A DNA stretch of 64,000 bases from Armatimonadota bacterium (GCA_046292385.1 JBKBRF010000001.1:269608-333607), one strand, 5' to 3'; positions 38,427 through 48,592 are shown, numbered from the stretch's first letter. The notes: generated by a model not told the origin, from the sequence alone. Made by a program: numbers and translations.

Positions 38427-39251
38427 TCAGTCCGCCCAGTCGCCGGTGGTCTGCAGGCTCTCGAACTCCCGGAGGAAGAGCGGCTCGACCGGGGTGCCGT
38501 CCGGCTTGCGGGTGATCGCGAGGAACTGGTCCGGGGCAATGCCGCCGTCTCGCGGGTCCTTGATCATCGGGCAGATCGCGTAGCGGAGGGGATCGTTGAG
38601 CGGCCGGACCAGCTTCGTCACCAGCCCCTTCTTGTAGAGCTTGTCGATCTCGCTGGTGGTGCGGAGGATCGGCGTGCCGTCGAGTGCCAGGCCGTTCTTG
38701 CGGGCGAGATCACTCAGCTCCTTCTGGCCGTCCCGCGTGCTGAAGGCGCGCGGCGTGTAGTTGACCCAGACGTGGAGCCAGAGCCCGAGCGGGTTGTTGC
38801 TGAAGTAGCCGTGCCGCATGTCGAGCAGCACCGACTGCCGCGCGCCTCCCAGGCCGAGCGGATCGGCTCCTCGCGCGGGGAAGACGTACTCGATGCTGCG
38901 GTCGGCGATCTGCCGGGCGCGGCGGCCCGCCGCATCCGGCGTGAACCCCTGCGCGCTGAGCCCGCCGAGCACGGTGAAGAACCACGGCTTGCCGCTGTGG
39001 TCGTACGAGGGGAAGGTGAGGAGCGCGCGGACGTCTCGCTGGTAGGCGAAGATCGGCGTGTCCTGCACCGCCAGCGGCGGCACCGCCTGGCGCCGTCCCG
39101 CGATCGCCGCGGGGTTGACGCCGTTCTGAAGGTAGAAGGCGTCGGTGAAATCGTAGAGGCGGTCCGCTACGTCGGCGCGGGCCGGCGCGGCGAGGGAGAC
39201 GAGCAGCGGCGCCGCGAGCAGCGCCAGGGCGGACAGGAGCTTGAGCTTCAT
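38427..39251 (-). CDS. Secreted hypothetical protein
   Basis: MKLKLLSALALLAAPLLVSLAAPARA signal peptide; strong GC3 bias; no family recognised. Confidence 0.75.
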   Translation of the reverse strand: MKLKLLSALALLAAPLLVSLAAPARADVADRLYDFTDAFYLQNGVNPAAIAGRRQAVPPLAVQDTPIFAYQRDVRALLTFPSYDHSGKPWFFTVLGGLSAQGFTPDAAGRRARQIADRSIEYVFPARGADPLGLGGARQSVLLDMRHGYFSNNPLGLWLHVWVNYTPRAFSTRDGQKELSDLARKNGLALDGTPILRTTSEIDKLYKKGLVTKLVRPLNDPLRYAICPMIKDPRDGGIAPDQFLAITRKPDGTPVEPLFLREFESLQTTGDWAD

Positions 39252-39538
39252 CGTGGGTATCCGGTAAGAGGCGGAAGGGTAAGGGGCAGGTCGCTCGAGT
39301 GCGCTCCCCGTCTCCATAAAGGCGGCCGAGGCGCTCCTGATACACCCGCTCCGATCACGAAGAATCCGACACTGCACGGCTGCATCCTGCATGTATCGTT
39401 TCCGAGGTTCCGGGGAACCGTGGTGTCGGGACGTGGGTCTCCACTGCACCGGGACGAGAGCTCCCGTGGGAATAACGAAACGGACCGGGACCTCCGGCAA
39501 AGCGTGTTGGGGTCCCGCGGTGATACGGAGTGGAAGCG

Positions 39539-40621
39539 ATGAAGAAGGCGACTATCTGGATAGCTGGGGTAGGCATCGCGCTGGCGGCGGGCGGCGCCGC
39601 GCAGGCGCAGGGCTCGGCCAGCCTGGTGCCGGTGATGGTGAACGGTGGCCGTCTGGACCGCCCGGGGCTGCTGCTGCGGGACGTGAACCGGACCGTCGTG
39701 CCGATGCGAGCGCTCTTTGAGGCGCTCGGCGCGAACGTGCGGTGGGATGCCTCGCAGCGGGCGGTCTATGCCTGGACGCCGGACGGCAACGGCATCCGCC
39801 TGGGAGTGGGAGAGCGCTCCGCGCAGACGCTGCTGATGGACACCGACCCGGGGCCGGGCGCCTGGGGCCGCGTGACCGGCCAGTACCGGCTCGACGCCCC
39901 CGCGATGCTGCGCGAGGGCACCGTCTACGTGCCGCTGCGGTTCGCTTCCGAGGCGCTGAAGGCCGACGTGCGCTTCGCCGCGCACGAGCCGGCGGTCTAC
40001 GTCCGCTCGCAGCTCGTCGCCGGCTACCGGGAGGGGGACCTGATCGACGGCGAGCTTCCGGCCCGCCCCGACGAGCGGCTCGACCGCCGCGAAGCGCGTA
40101 GAGAGCGCCGGGAAGACCGCCGCTCGACCGAGCTGGAGCTGGAGCGCTCCCGGCAGCGCGAGCTGGAGCTGGAGCGCGAGCTGGAAGCGGAGCGCAACCG
40201 GGAAGTGGTGCCGCCGGTCGACCTGCAGGCCCGCGAGATCGCGGAGAACCTGGAGCTGAAGCTGGAGCTCCCGGCGCGGCGGCTCGACCTCGATCAGAAG
40301 TCGGTGCCGATCCGGCTGGTGGTGCGGAACACCGGCAGGCAGCCGCTCACCGTCCCGTTCCGCTCGGGGCAGCGGTTCAACATCGAGGTGCTGCAGGAAG
40401 GAAAGCTGGTCTGGAGCTGGGCGCACGATCGCGCCTTCACCCAGGCGCTGACGGAGATGACGCTGGAGCCGGGGCAGGCGCAGGTCTTCCCGGTCCGCTG
40501 GAGCCTGGCCGATAACCGCGGCGAGGTGGTCCAGCCGGGCCGCTACACCGTGCGCGGAATCCTGACCACCAGCTTCCGCGAGCCGCAGCTCGTGGTGGAA
40601 GAGCGGATCAACGTCCGCTAA
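39539..40621 (+). CDS. Secreted protein with copper-amine-oxidase N-terminal (stalk) domain and C-terminal BsuPI-like domain
   Basis: VPMRALFEALGANVRWD and YVPLRFASEAL stalk motifs; FRSGQRFN..VWSWAHDRAFTQAL; Glu/Arg-rich linker. Confidence 0.8.
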   Translation: MKKATIWIAGVGIALAAGGAAQAQGSASLVPVMVNGGRLDRPGLLLRDVNRTVVPMRALFEALGANVRWDASQRAVYAWTPDGNGIRLGVGERSAQTLLMDTDPGPGAWGRVTGQYRLDAPAMLREGTVYVPLRFASEALKADVRFAAHEPAVYVRSQLVAGYREGDLIDGELPARPDERLDRREARRERREDRRSTELELERSRQRELELERELEAERNREVVPPVDLQAREIAENLELKLELPARRLDLDQKSVPIRLVVRNTGRQPLTVPFRSGQRFNIEVLQEGKLVWSWAHDRAFTQALTEMTLEPGQAQVFPVRWSLADNRGEVVQPGRYTVRGILTTSFREPQLVVEERINVR

Positions 40622-40625
40622 CCCG

Positions 40626-41981
40626 CTAGCGCAGGTGCGGGGGCCGGCTGGTCGGGCCGGCTCCCGCCTGCTGCTTGCGACCGCGACCCAGGTAGAGCAC
40701 GCAGAAGAACACCGTTCCGGCCACCACCAGCAGCGCGCCGCCCACCACGAAGAGCGCGACCTTCCCGGCAAACGCCATCTGCTTTCGCTGGGACGGCGTG
40801 AGGCTCTCTCCCGTCAGGCCCAGGCCGGCACCGAGCTTCCCCTGTGCGAGCTGTGCCAGGCGGAGATCCTCGCGGAGGTGCTTCGTATCGTCGTGTTCGG
40901 CTCCGAGGTCCTTGTCCGCGATGGTGAGAGCCCGTTGAAAGTGGCGCTCTGCCTCCGCGAACTGATTGAGCTGAGCGCAGCTTTCTCCCAGATAGTGGAC
41001 CGTCTGCAGGTAGTCGCGCGGGTTGGCGCCGAGCTCTTCCCAGTGCCGGAGCGACTGCTCGTAGAGAACCTTCGCTTCCGCGTAGTCCTCCTGGGTGAAC
41101 CTGAGGTCGGCGATCGTGGCGAGCGCCAAGGCAGCTCCGTAGGAATCGGGGCCGTTCTCCCGCAGCAGCCGGAGCTCCTCCCGGTAGTACTTCTCCGCTT
41201 CCGGCCAGTCCTCTTGAGCGTAGTAGAGACGGGCGATGGCTTGCGCCGCCTGGGGGCGTTCGTCGGCGTGGTAGTCCGGTAGCTTCTTCAGGATTGCCAG
41301 TCGCCGCTTCTGGAGAGAGACTGCCTCCGCGTAGCGCTCCTGCTCTTCGTGGACTAAGGCGAGGGTGTCCAGAGCGTCGGAGGTATCGTAGCTCTGCTTC
41401 GAGATGCCTTCCCACCCGCGCAGTGACTGCCGCGCGTAGCGCTCTGCTTCTTCAAGCTCGTCCTGGTTGAGATGGCAGAGTGCGAGGTCTCCAAGCACCT
41501 CGTTGATCTCGTGGTGGCCGGCGGCGAGCCGCTGCTGTTTGAGCTTCAACACGCGCTCGAGCAGCGGTTCCGCTTCCCCCCGCCGATCCTGGTGCTCCAG
41601 GAACTCGGCAAGCTCGAGAAGCAGGTCCTCCAGGCTGGGATGGCGCGATCCGAGGAGCCGCTCCCGCAATTTGAGCGCGGTGCGGTACTCCCGTTCCGCC
41701 GTCTGAAAGTCTTCCCGGCTCCACGCGACCGACGCAAGCTCCTCGTGAACTTCCGCGCGCCGCGGGTCGCGGGGAGGGAACCGTTCGGAGAGCTTCAACG
41801 CGGCCTTAAGCTCCCGCTCCGCGCGGTCGTAGTCTTCGTCCAGGCTCGCCACTCGCGCCGCTTCGATCCGGCGCTGCCAATCGGAGACCGCGCCCAGAGC
41901 CGGAAGTGCAGCCGGTAGGCACACTCCCGCTGCCAGGCAGAAGAGTGCGGAGCTGCGCATCAGCCTGGATAGGGGGCTCAT
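40626..41981 (-). CDS. Tetratricopeptide-repeat protein with signal peptide and C-terminal TM anchor
   Basis: Repeated LA..Y..Q..Y.EAE..Y..AL units; ATGA overlap with the upstream peptidase. Confidence 0.8.
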   Translation of the reverse strand: MSPLSRLMRSSALFCLAAGVCLPAALPALGAVSDWQRRIEAARVASLDEDYDRAERELKAALKLSERFPPRDPRRAEVHEELASVAWSREDFQTAEREYRTALKLRERLLGSRHPSLEDLLLELAEFLEHQDRRGEAEPLLERVLKLKQQRLAAGHHEINEVLGDLALCHLNQDELEEAERYARQSLRGWEGISKQSYDTSDALDTLALVHEEQERYAEAVSLQKRRLAILKKLPDYHADERPQAAQAIARLYYAQEDWPEAEKYYREELRLLRENGPDSYGAALALATIADLRFTQEDYAEAKVLYEQSLRHWEELGANPRDYLQTVHYLGESCAQLNQFAEAERHFQRALTIADKDLGAEHDDTKHLREDLRLAQLAQGKLGAGLGLTGESLTPSQRKQMAFAGKVALFVVGGALLVVAGTVFFCVLYLGRGRKQQAGAGPTSRPPHLR

Positions 41982-44020
41982 CCGTCCACCTCCAGCTGCT
42001 GGAACAGGAAGCTCCAGATGTCTGCCGCCTCCTCGATCACCTTGGCGAGCGGCTTGCCGGCGCCGTGGCCCGCGCGGGTCTCGATCCGGAGCAGCACCGG
42101 CGCGGCGGGGTCCGCCTCGGTCTGGAGCCGCGCGGCGAGCTTGCGGGCGTGGAGCGGGTCGACCCGCGTGTCCGACTCCGCCGCGGTGATCAGGAGCGCC
42201 GGGTAGCGCTGGCCCGGCCGGACCCGGTGGTAGGGGCTGTATGCCAGGAGCGCCCGGAACTGCTCCGGATCGTCGCTGCTGCCGTACTCCGGGATCCAGA
42301 GCCGGGCAATGCTGAAGTGGTGGTAGCGAACCATGTCGAGCAGCGGCACCTGGCAGACCGCGGCGCGGAAGAGGTCCGGCCGCTGGGTTACGACCGCGCC
42401 GACCAGCAGCCCGCCGTTGGAGCCGCCCTGCAGCGCCAGCCGCTCCGGGCGGGTGTAGCCCTCCCGGATCAGGTACTCCGCCGCCGCGATGCAGTCGTCG
42501 AAGACGTTCTGCTTCCGGGTCAGCATCCCGGCGCGGTGCCACGCCTCGCCGTACTCTCCGCCGCCGCGCAGGTTCGCCATGGCGTAGACCCCGCCCCGCT
42601 CCAGGAGCAGGTAGGCGCCGCGGACGAAGGCCGGCGTGAGCGGCACGTTGAAGCCGCCGTAGCCGTAGAGCAGGGTCGGCCGGTCTCCGTCCAGCTCCAG
42701 TCCCTTGCGGTGGACGATGAACATGGAGACCTGCGTCCCGTCGCGCGACGGGTACCAGACCTGCCGGACCTCGTAATCGCCCGGCGAGATCGGGGCCTCC
42801 ACCCGGCCCCAGACCTCCGTCGCGCCGCTGTCGACCTCGTGCCGCAGCACCGTCGGCGGCGTGGTAAAGGAGAGGAAGCCGAGGAACAGCTCCTGCGACT
42901 CGGCGCGGCCTTCCCAGGCGAAGACGCTGCCGATCCCGGGCAGCTCGATCTCGCGCTCCAGCGAGCCGTCGAGGCGGTGGAGCCGGAACGCGGAGGAGGC
43001 GTTCCGCAGCAGCTCGCAGGCGAGGTACCCGCCGGCGACTCCGTGACCTTCGATCACGTCCGGGCCTTCCGGGACCAGCTCGCGCCAGCCGTCTCGCTGC
43101 GGATGATTGGGGTCGACGCGCAGGATCCGGTAGCGCGGAGCGTCGAGGTTGGTCCGCAGGTAGAGTGCGTCGTCCTGCGCCGAGCCGATGAAGAGCGCGT
43201 CGATCCCCTCCGCCACCGGGACGAACCCGCCTTCGGGCTGGTGCCGGTCGAGGAGATAGAGCTCGCTCTTTGCCCAGCCCTGGAACGCGGAGGCGAGCAG
43301 CCAGCGGCCGTCCGGCGACAGCTCCACGGTGAGCATGTCTTCCTTGGCCCGCCCCTCGCCGAAGATCAGCGGGTCGTCGTGCCAGTCGGTCCCCGGCGCG
43401 TGGAAGTAGACCTTCCGGCCGTAGTTCTCATCGCCGGAGGGCACGGTGCCCGGCTCCGGATAGCGGGTGTAGTAGAAGCCGGAGCCGTCCGGCAGCCACG
43501 CGAGCGCGCAGAAGCGGGTGTGAGGGATCCGGTCCGGGAGGTCCTCGCCGGTCGCCACGCGGCGGATGCCGAGAGTCGACTTCTCATCCCCGTGCCGGGA
43601 GATCCCGTAGGCGACGAGCTGCCCGTCGTGCGTGGGGTACCACCAGTCGAGCGCGGAGGCGGCGTCCGGCTCGTAGACCGCCGGGTCGAGCAGCACCCGC
43701 TCCTCGCCGCGCAGGCCCTCGCGCCAGCAGAGAACCGGCTGGTCCTGCGTTCCCTCTCGCCGCTGGTAGAAGTAGCGCCCGCCCCGCTCCACCGGCGGCG
43801 TGAGGACGCCGACCGACAGCAGCTCCGGAAGCCGCTTCTCGATCCGCTCCCTCGCCGGGGCGGCCTGCAGCACCTCCCGCGTGACGGCGTTCTGCGCCTC
43901 CGTCCACGCGCGGACCTCCTCGCTCTCAGAGTCCTCCAGCCAGCGGAACGGATCGGCGACTTCGACGCCGTGGAGGAGGTCGGTGACGGATTCGCGGCGG
44001 GTCTCGGGATAGGACGGCAT
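41978..44020 (-). CDS. Prolyl oligopeptidase (S9A)
   Basis: ADPFRWLED, YGYGGF, GGSNGGLL, DTRV, AGHGAG motifs. Confidence 0.95.
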   Translation of the reverse strand: MPSYPETRRESVTDLLHGVEVADPFRWLEDSESEEVRAWTEAQNAVTREVLQAAPARERIEKRLPELLSVGVLTPPVERGGRYFYQRREGTQDQPVLCWREGLRGEERVLLDPAVYEPDAASALDWWYPTHDGQLVAYGISRHGDEKSTLGIRRVATGEDLPDRIPHTRFCALAWLPDGSGFYYTRYPEPGTVPSGDENYGRKVYFHAPGTDWHDDPLIFGEGRAKEDMLTVELSPDGRWLLASAFQGWAKSELYLLDRHQPEGGFVPVAEGIDALFIGSAQDDALYLRTNLDAPRYRILRVDPNHPQRDGWRELVPEGPDVIEGHGVAGGYLACELLRNASSAFRLHRLDGSLEREIELPGIGSVFAWEGRAESQELFLGFLSFTTPPTVLRHEVDSGATEVWGRVEAPISPGDYEVRQVWYPSRDGTQVSMFIVHRKGLELDGDRPTLLYGYGGFNVPLTPAFVRGAYLLLERGGVYAMANLRGGGEYGEAWHRAGMLTRKQNVFDDCIAAAEYLIREGYTRPERLALQGGSNGGLLVGAVVTQRPDLFRAAVCQVPLLDMVRYHHFSIARLWIPEYGSSDDPEQFRALLAYSPYHRVRPGQRYPALLITAAESDTRVDPLHARKLAARLQTEADPAAPVLLRIETRAGHGAGKPLAKVIEEAADIWSFLFQQLEVDG

Positions 44021-44140
44021 GTTCGGCTCGAGAAGGAATAAGGCGGCGCGGAAGGCGCCCGGGGAACCCTTCACGAGTCAGAGGGGGGTTCTCCTCCCGA
44101 AATCGGCGAGCCGGCGCTCGAACGTCCTTCCCCTACGGGG

Positions 44141-44268
44141 AAGCGTTGGCAAGCCACCGCACTCCACAGACTGCACCGGGGCAGTCTCCCTTTCGACGAG
44201 AGGGAATCTCTTCCGGGCTAGCCTGTGGAGTGCGAATGCTTGCTTTCGCGCCCCGCGTCAGCGGGGCA
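44141..44268. repeat. REP-doublet / MITE-like element, copy 1
   Basis: 44150-44268 matches the reverse complement of 63805-63923 (8 mismatches in 119 nt by manual alignment). Confidence 0.85.
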
Positions 44269-44330
44269 CCCAACGCAGCCAGACGAACTGGCCCGAGGGA
44301 TTCACAAGAGGAGCAGAATCGCGCGGCGGA

Positions 44331-45908
44331 TCATCTTTGCGAGGTGCTCGCCCGCTTGGGAGCCGGTTTCGGCGTGGGCTGGGCCGCCTTCGGTGCCGGT
44401 GGCGGCTGAGCGGCCGGCGTGGCGGCGGTCCTCGGTGCGGGCAGCGTCCGGTGGAACGTGTGTGCCGCGAGAAGGCTCTGCTGGGCCTGGGCGCGCGACC
44501 AGCTCCAGCTGCGCCAGTCACCACTCGAGACGTAGTACTCCCGGTCGAGCAGCTCGGAAGCGAGCGCCGCCGCGCGCGTGCGGGGCAGGCCTGGCAGCGC
44601 GGCGGCGAGGGTGGGGTAGGCGTCCGCGCTCAGGGAAGCGGCATACTCAACGTCGAAGCGGCCGGTGCGGGTGTGGTGCTCCAGGTTGCGCTGCACGATC
44701 CAGGCGTCCGGGTTGAGCAGGTGGAGCCCGGCGGTGACGGCGAACGCGGCCAGCGCCGCCCCCGGGGCGAAGTTGTCGCGCCGCCCGCGGAGCACCGTCG
44801 CCCCGAACCAGGCGATGACGATCCCCAGCCAGAGCATGAACGCGCTGGTGTAGACCCGCAGCTCGGTGAAGCCGTAGGCCGCCTGGTAGAGCCGCATCCG
44901 CTGCCCCGCCGAGACGAGGATGACCAGGAGCATCAGCAGCAGCGGGGCCGCGAGGACCAGAAAGATCCGCTCGCTGCTGGGCGGGTCTTTCGCCAGTGCC
45001 CAGTGCGCCAGCAGCAGCACCGGCAGAGCGAGGGCGGCTGCCGCCACCATCTCGAAGAAGCCGCGGCGGGCGTAGTCGGCGTAGGTGAGGTTCGGCGTGT
45101 GCTGGACCAGGGAGTCGCCGCCGAAAAGGTAGCCGAGCTGGATCAGGACGAAGGCGAGGAAGAGCAGGTTGAGCAGCCCTACGGCGACCCCGATCTCCAC
45201 CATCCCGATCACGCCGGGGAAGGGCGACGAGGCGGGCTCCGGCTCCTCGGCGTGGGCCAGCATCCGGTGCAGCAGCCCCGCGATGCCCCAGGCGGCGGCG
45301 AGCGTGATCCCCAGGTGTGCCAGCGCCGGGCCGAGGTCGATCCGGAGCAGGCCGGTCGCCATCGAGGCGAACACCGGATCCGCGGAGGCGAAGAGGGCGG
45401 CGAAGACGATCAGGAACGGCACCGCCAGGACGAGCCCCCGGGCGGCCGCGCCGAGGTGGCTTCCCCACTCCGGCCGGGAGAGCTGCTGCCACTCCACGTC
45501 CTGGAAGAGCAGCTCGCCGGCGCCGATGCTGGCCTGCCCGAGGGCGCGGAGGACCATCAGCGGGTACTCGCTGACCGCCGCCACCGCCAGGCGCCCCCGC
45601 CGGGAGCGGAGGATGGCGACCGCCAGGATCAGCACGAGCGCGGCGCCGTCGAGCGCGAGCAGGGTGGGGGAGGCGCGCCACGCGAAGCCGGCGGCGAAGA
45701 AGAGCGCCGCGGGGGCGAGGAACAGCAGCTCCGGGCTGAACTGCCGCCACTGCGGACGGATCAGCAGGGCGCTCACCAGCAGCAGCGCGAGCACGCTCAC
45801 CGGCAGGTTGATCCCCCAGGGCGCGGCCCGCAGCAGCAGGTCGCACAGCAGCCCGAGGACGAGCGCCCATCCCGCAATTCGCACTGCGCCGGCCGTCTTC
45901 TCGCTCAT
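44331..45908 (-). CDS. DUF4153/DUF4173-family polytopic membrane protein
   Basis: LFASADPVF, YADYARRGFFE, RMRLYQAAYGFTELR, LSADA motifs. Confidence 0.85.
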   Translation of the reverse strand: MSEKTAGAVRIAGWALVLGLLCDLLLRAAPWGINLPVSVLALLLVSALLIRPQWRQFSPELLFLAPAALFFAAGFAWRASPTLLALDGAALVLILAVAILRSRRGRLAVAAVSEYPLMVLRALGQASIGAGELLFQDVEWQQLSRPEWGSHLGAAARGLVLAVPFLIVFAALFASADPVFASMATGLLRIDLGPALAHLGITLAAAWGIAGLLHRMLAHAEEPEPASSPFPGVIGMVEIGVAVGLLNLLFLAFVLIQLGYLFGGDSLVQHTPNLTYADYARRGFFEMVAAAALALPVLLLAHWALAKDPPSSERIFLVLAAPLLLMLLVILVSAGQRMRLYQAAYGFTELRVYTSAFMLWLGIVIAWFGATVLRGRRDNFAPGAALAAFAVTAGLHLLNPDAWIVQRNLEHHTRTGRFDVEYAASLSADAYPTLAAALPGLPRTRAAALASELLDREYYVSSGDWRSWSWSRAQAQQSLLAAHTFHRTLPAPRTAATPAAQPPPAPKAAQPTPKPAPKRASTSQR

Positions 45909-46021
45909 CGGTGGTCTCCCGGGTCAGGGCCTCGACCGCTTCCGCGGCGTCGAGCGCCGGCTGCCGTCTCTCTGCTACTCCAATGCAAGCGGCGTCGTGG
46001 TGGTTGGCGTTCGAGCGCCGT

Positions 46022-46879
46022 CTATGCCGCGCGGGAAAGGGGCGCGGCGTAGAGCTCCAGCGCCCGCCGGACTTCCTCCACCGTCTCCTCTGGCGTGGAG
46101 GTGCCGGCGGTGAGGCCGACCGTCTCCACGCCCTCCAGCCACTCCGGCTCCAGCTCTTCCACCCGCTCCACCTGGTAGGCGCGCGCTCCTTCCCGCTCGC
46201 ACGCGCGGACGAGCTGCCGCGTGTTGTTGCTGTGGCGCCCGCCCACCACGATCACCACCTCGCACTCGGAGCCGAGGCGGCGCGCCGCAAGCTGGCGCTG
46301 CTTCGTCGGCTGGCAGACGGTGTCGGCGAACTTCACCTGGGCCTGGGGATAGGTCTCGCGGATGCGGTCGACCATCTCCAGCACGTACTCCAGCGGCTGC
46401 GTCGTCTGGCTCACCACGCCGATCCGGCTGCGGCCCGCCAGGAGCGGCAGCTCTTCGGGGCCGGAGAGCACTACGTACTCGTCGAGGTCGCCGATCAGGC
46501 CGCGCACCTCCACGTGCTCCGGCTTACCGATCACCACCGGGAAGTAGCCGTCGGCGACGAGCCGGTCGAGCATCCGGTGGGCGTGGGAGACGAGGGGGCA
46601 GGTCGCTTCCAGCACCTCCAGCCCCTGGCTCCGCAGCCTCGCTACCGCGGCGCGGGAGGCTCCGTGGGCCGTGACCATGGCCCTCCGGGTTTCCACGGGG
46701 GAGTCGAGCGAGGCGACGGTCCGGATGCCCGCTTCGCCGAGCCTTCGCAGCACCACCGGGTTGTGCACCAGCTCTCCCAGCACCGTGAGCTCCTGCGGCT
46801 CCGGAGCTTGCAGCGCCATCTCGATGGCATCCCGCACTCCGAAACACATCCCGTAGCTCTCCGCGACCACTACTCGCAT
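46022..46879 (-). CDS. ispH: 4-hydroxy-3-methylbut-2-enyl diphosphate reductase
   Basis: GMCFGV, ATCPLV, HVEV, TVC..T..RQ, SNNT, TAGTSTP motifs; GGAGG RBS. Confidence 0.93.
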   Translation of the reverse strand: MRVVVAESYGMCFGVRDAIEMALQAPEPQELTVLGELVHNPVVLRRLGEAGIRTVASLDSPVETRRAMVTAHGASRAAVARLRSQGLEVLEATCPLVSHAHRMLDRLVADGYFPVVIGKPEHVEVRGLIGDLDEYVVLSGPEELPLLAGRSRIGVVSQTTQPLEYVLEMVDRIRETYPQAQVKFADTVCQPTKQRQLAARRLGSECEVVIVVGGRHSNNTRQLVRACEREGARAYQVERVEELEPEWLEGVETVGLTAGTSTPEETVEEVRRALELYAAPLSRAA

Positions 46880-46896
46880 ACCGCCTCCGTAAAAGA

Positions 46897-46913
46897 ACTT
46901 TGTAGAATAAAGT
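46897..46913. promoter_or_regulatory. Putative operator upstream of ispH
   Basis: ACTTT-N7-AAAGT inverted repeat in an AT-rich patch. Confidence 0.55.
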
Positions 46914-46996
46914 GCCGCCACCGGGAAAAACGCGACTCGCGTCGCGTTGTCTATATCGTCAGTGCCGGGTGTTTCTCGGCCGGTTCGGTTCTACCG

Positions 46997-47371
46997 CTAT
47001 TTCGCTCCCGCCATTCCCGGGCGCAGCACCGGAGCTCCTTCTCGGGCAGGCCGGGGCTCCTCCAGGGCCTGCGACTGCCGCACGATCTCCTCGAGCGCCT
47101 GGATATACGCCTGGAACGCCTCCCGCCCGGCGGGGGTGAGGGAGTACTCCGTCCGCGGCTTGCGGTTGACGAACGACTTGGTCACCTCCACGAAGCCGCC
47201 CTCTTCCAGGGTGCGCATGTGGACGCTCAGGTTGCCGTCGGTCATCCGCAGCAGCTCCTTCAACTCTCTGAAGGAGAGCGACTCGTTGGCCGCCAGGAGC
47301 GACATGATCGCCAGCCGCCCCTTTTCGTGGATCACGCGATCCAGCTTGTCGAAGGTTTCCAGGTTAAGCAT
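46997..47371 (-). CDS. Winged-helix transcriptional regulator (HTH_34 family)
   Basis: IHEKGRLAIMSLL, TDGNLSVHMRTLEE, KPRTEYSLT..GR.AF..Y motifs. Confidence 0.9.
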   Translation of the reverse strand: MLNLETFDKLDRVIHEKGRLAIMSLLAANESLSFRELKELLRMTDGNLSVHMRTLEEGGFVEVTKSFVNRKPRTEYSLTPAGREAFQAYIQALEEIVRQSQALEEPRPAREGAPVLRPGMAGAK

Positions 47372-47960
47372 CGAGTGCCAGGTGCCGGTTGGAGAGCGCC
47401 CACTGCCGCGCGAAGGTAAGCACCAGTCCGTACGCCAGGTGGATCGCTCCGAAGGTTAGCCCCATCGTCAGCGCGTCGCTGCGCAGATCGAGTCCCAGCG
47501 TGAGGGAGCCGGCGGCCAGAAAGGCGATCCCGAGCATCGAGATCACGCGGGGCGTGAAGAAGCTCATCGCCAGGGCGCCGCACCCCCACAGGAGCATCCA
47601 GACGCCGGGAAGGATCCACTCCACGCGGAGCTCGCTCAGTACGGAGGTGAGCACCAGCCCGGCGCCCAGCGCCGGGAGCAGCGCCATCACCACCGTGCGC
47701 GTCTGCCGGGTCCAGAACGGCTCCCCGTTGGCATGCGCCATCGCCGCCGTAAAGTAGACGCTCGCCGCGGCCGCGGCGATCAGCACTCCGAGCCAGGTCG
47801 GCAGGAACGGCGTGTGGAGCCAGACCCGCAGGCCGCAGCCGATCAGCGTGATGCCCCCGGCGGCCAGGCCGGCGTGACTGGAGAGATGGGTGTAGCGCGT
47901 CCCTCGCTCCATGAGCGTGCGGATTACCGCCAGTGTCTGCTCCGCTTCCCGGCCTTCCAT
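47364..47960 (-). CDS. Hypothetical membrane protein (about 6 TM) coupled to the HTH_34 regulator
   Basis: L..IR.LMER N-terminus, FGAIHLAYG C-terminus; 8-nt overlap with the regulator. Confidence 0.8.
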   Translation of the reverse strand: MEGREAEQTLAVIRTLMERGTRYTHLSSHAGLAAGGITLIGCGLRVWLHTPFLPTWLGVLIAAAAASVYFTAAMAHANGEPFWTRQTRTVVMALLPALGAGLVLTSVLSELRVEWILPGVWMLLWGCGALAMSFFTPRVISMLGIAFLAAGSLTLGLDLRSDALTMGLTFGAIHLAYGLVLTFARQWALSNRHLALDA

Positions 47961-47970
47961 TGAGCGCCTC

Positions 47971-47987
47971 ACTTTGCCCCGCAAAGC
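47971..47987. promoter_or_regulatory. Putative autoregulatory operator
   Basis: ACTTTG-N5-CAAAGC, same geometry as the site at 46897. Confidence 0.5.
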
Positions 47988-48028
47988 TTTCTGCAGAGAG
48001 TGTATCCCGAGCGACACGGAGCGTCAAC

Positions 48029-48592
48029 TCATTCGGCAGCTCGGGTGCCGCCCGCCTCCGCCGTATCCAGGATCGTCAGGTCGTTCGCGTGCAGCACCGC
48101 CGGCTCCGACGCCACGCGCTCGCGCAGGTCGGCGGAGAGCCCCTCCATCCCGTCCGCCGCACTGGGCGCGCGGACCGTGCCGCTAAGGCGCACGTGCTGC
48201 CCGCTCTGCAGCTCCGGCGGGCTGACCAGGATCGCGGGGTCGAGCTGCACGAAGATGCGTTCGCCCTCCGCGGTCGCCCAGAACCCGCCGTCCGCCACCT
48301 CCGCTACGATCGCCGTCCCTTCCACGGGCTGTCCTTCGAACCGGTCCGGGCTGGCGCGAAGCTCCGCCACCGGCAGCGTCTCTCGGGTCGCCGGGTCGTC
48401 ATAGTACTCGCCGCCGATCGCCGGGGCGGTCTGTCGCTCGCCCGCCACGCGTTCCGGTACGTTGATCCCCGCGCTCATGTCGCCGTCCGGGGCCACGAGC
48501 CACCACGCGATGGCGGCGATCAGGACCGCCACTACCAGCCAGACCCAGCCGGGCACGGGTCGGGCTCTCGGATCTCGCTCCAGATCGGACAT
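48029..48592 (-). CDS. Hypothetical single-TM protein with possible OB-fold domain
   Basis: AGGAGG RBS; WVWLVVAVLIAAIAWWLV helix; V.EV.D.GFW...GQHVRLSGTV pattern. Confidence 0.7.
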   Translation of the reverse strand: MSDLERDPRARPVPGWVWLVVAVLIAAIAWWLVAPDGDMSAGINVPERVAGERQTAPAIGGEYYDDPATRETLPVAELRASPDRFEGQPVEGTAIVAEVADGGFWATAEGERIFVQLDPAILVSPPELQSGQHVRLSGTVRAPSAADGMEGLSADLRERVASEPAVLHANDLTILDTAEAGGTRAAE

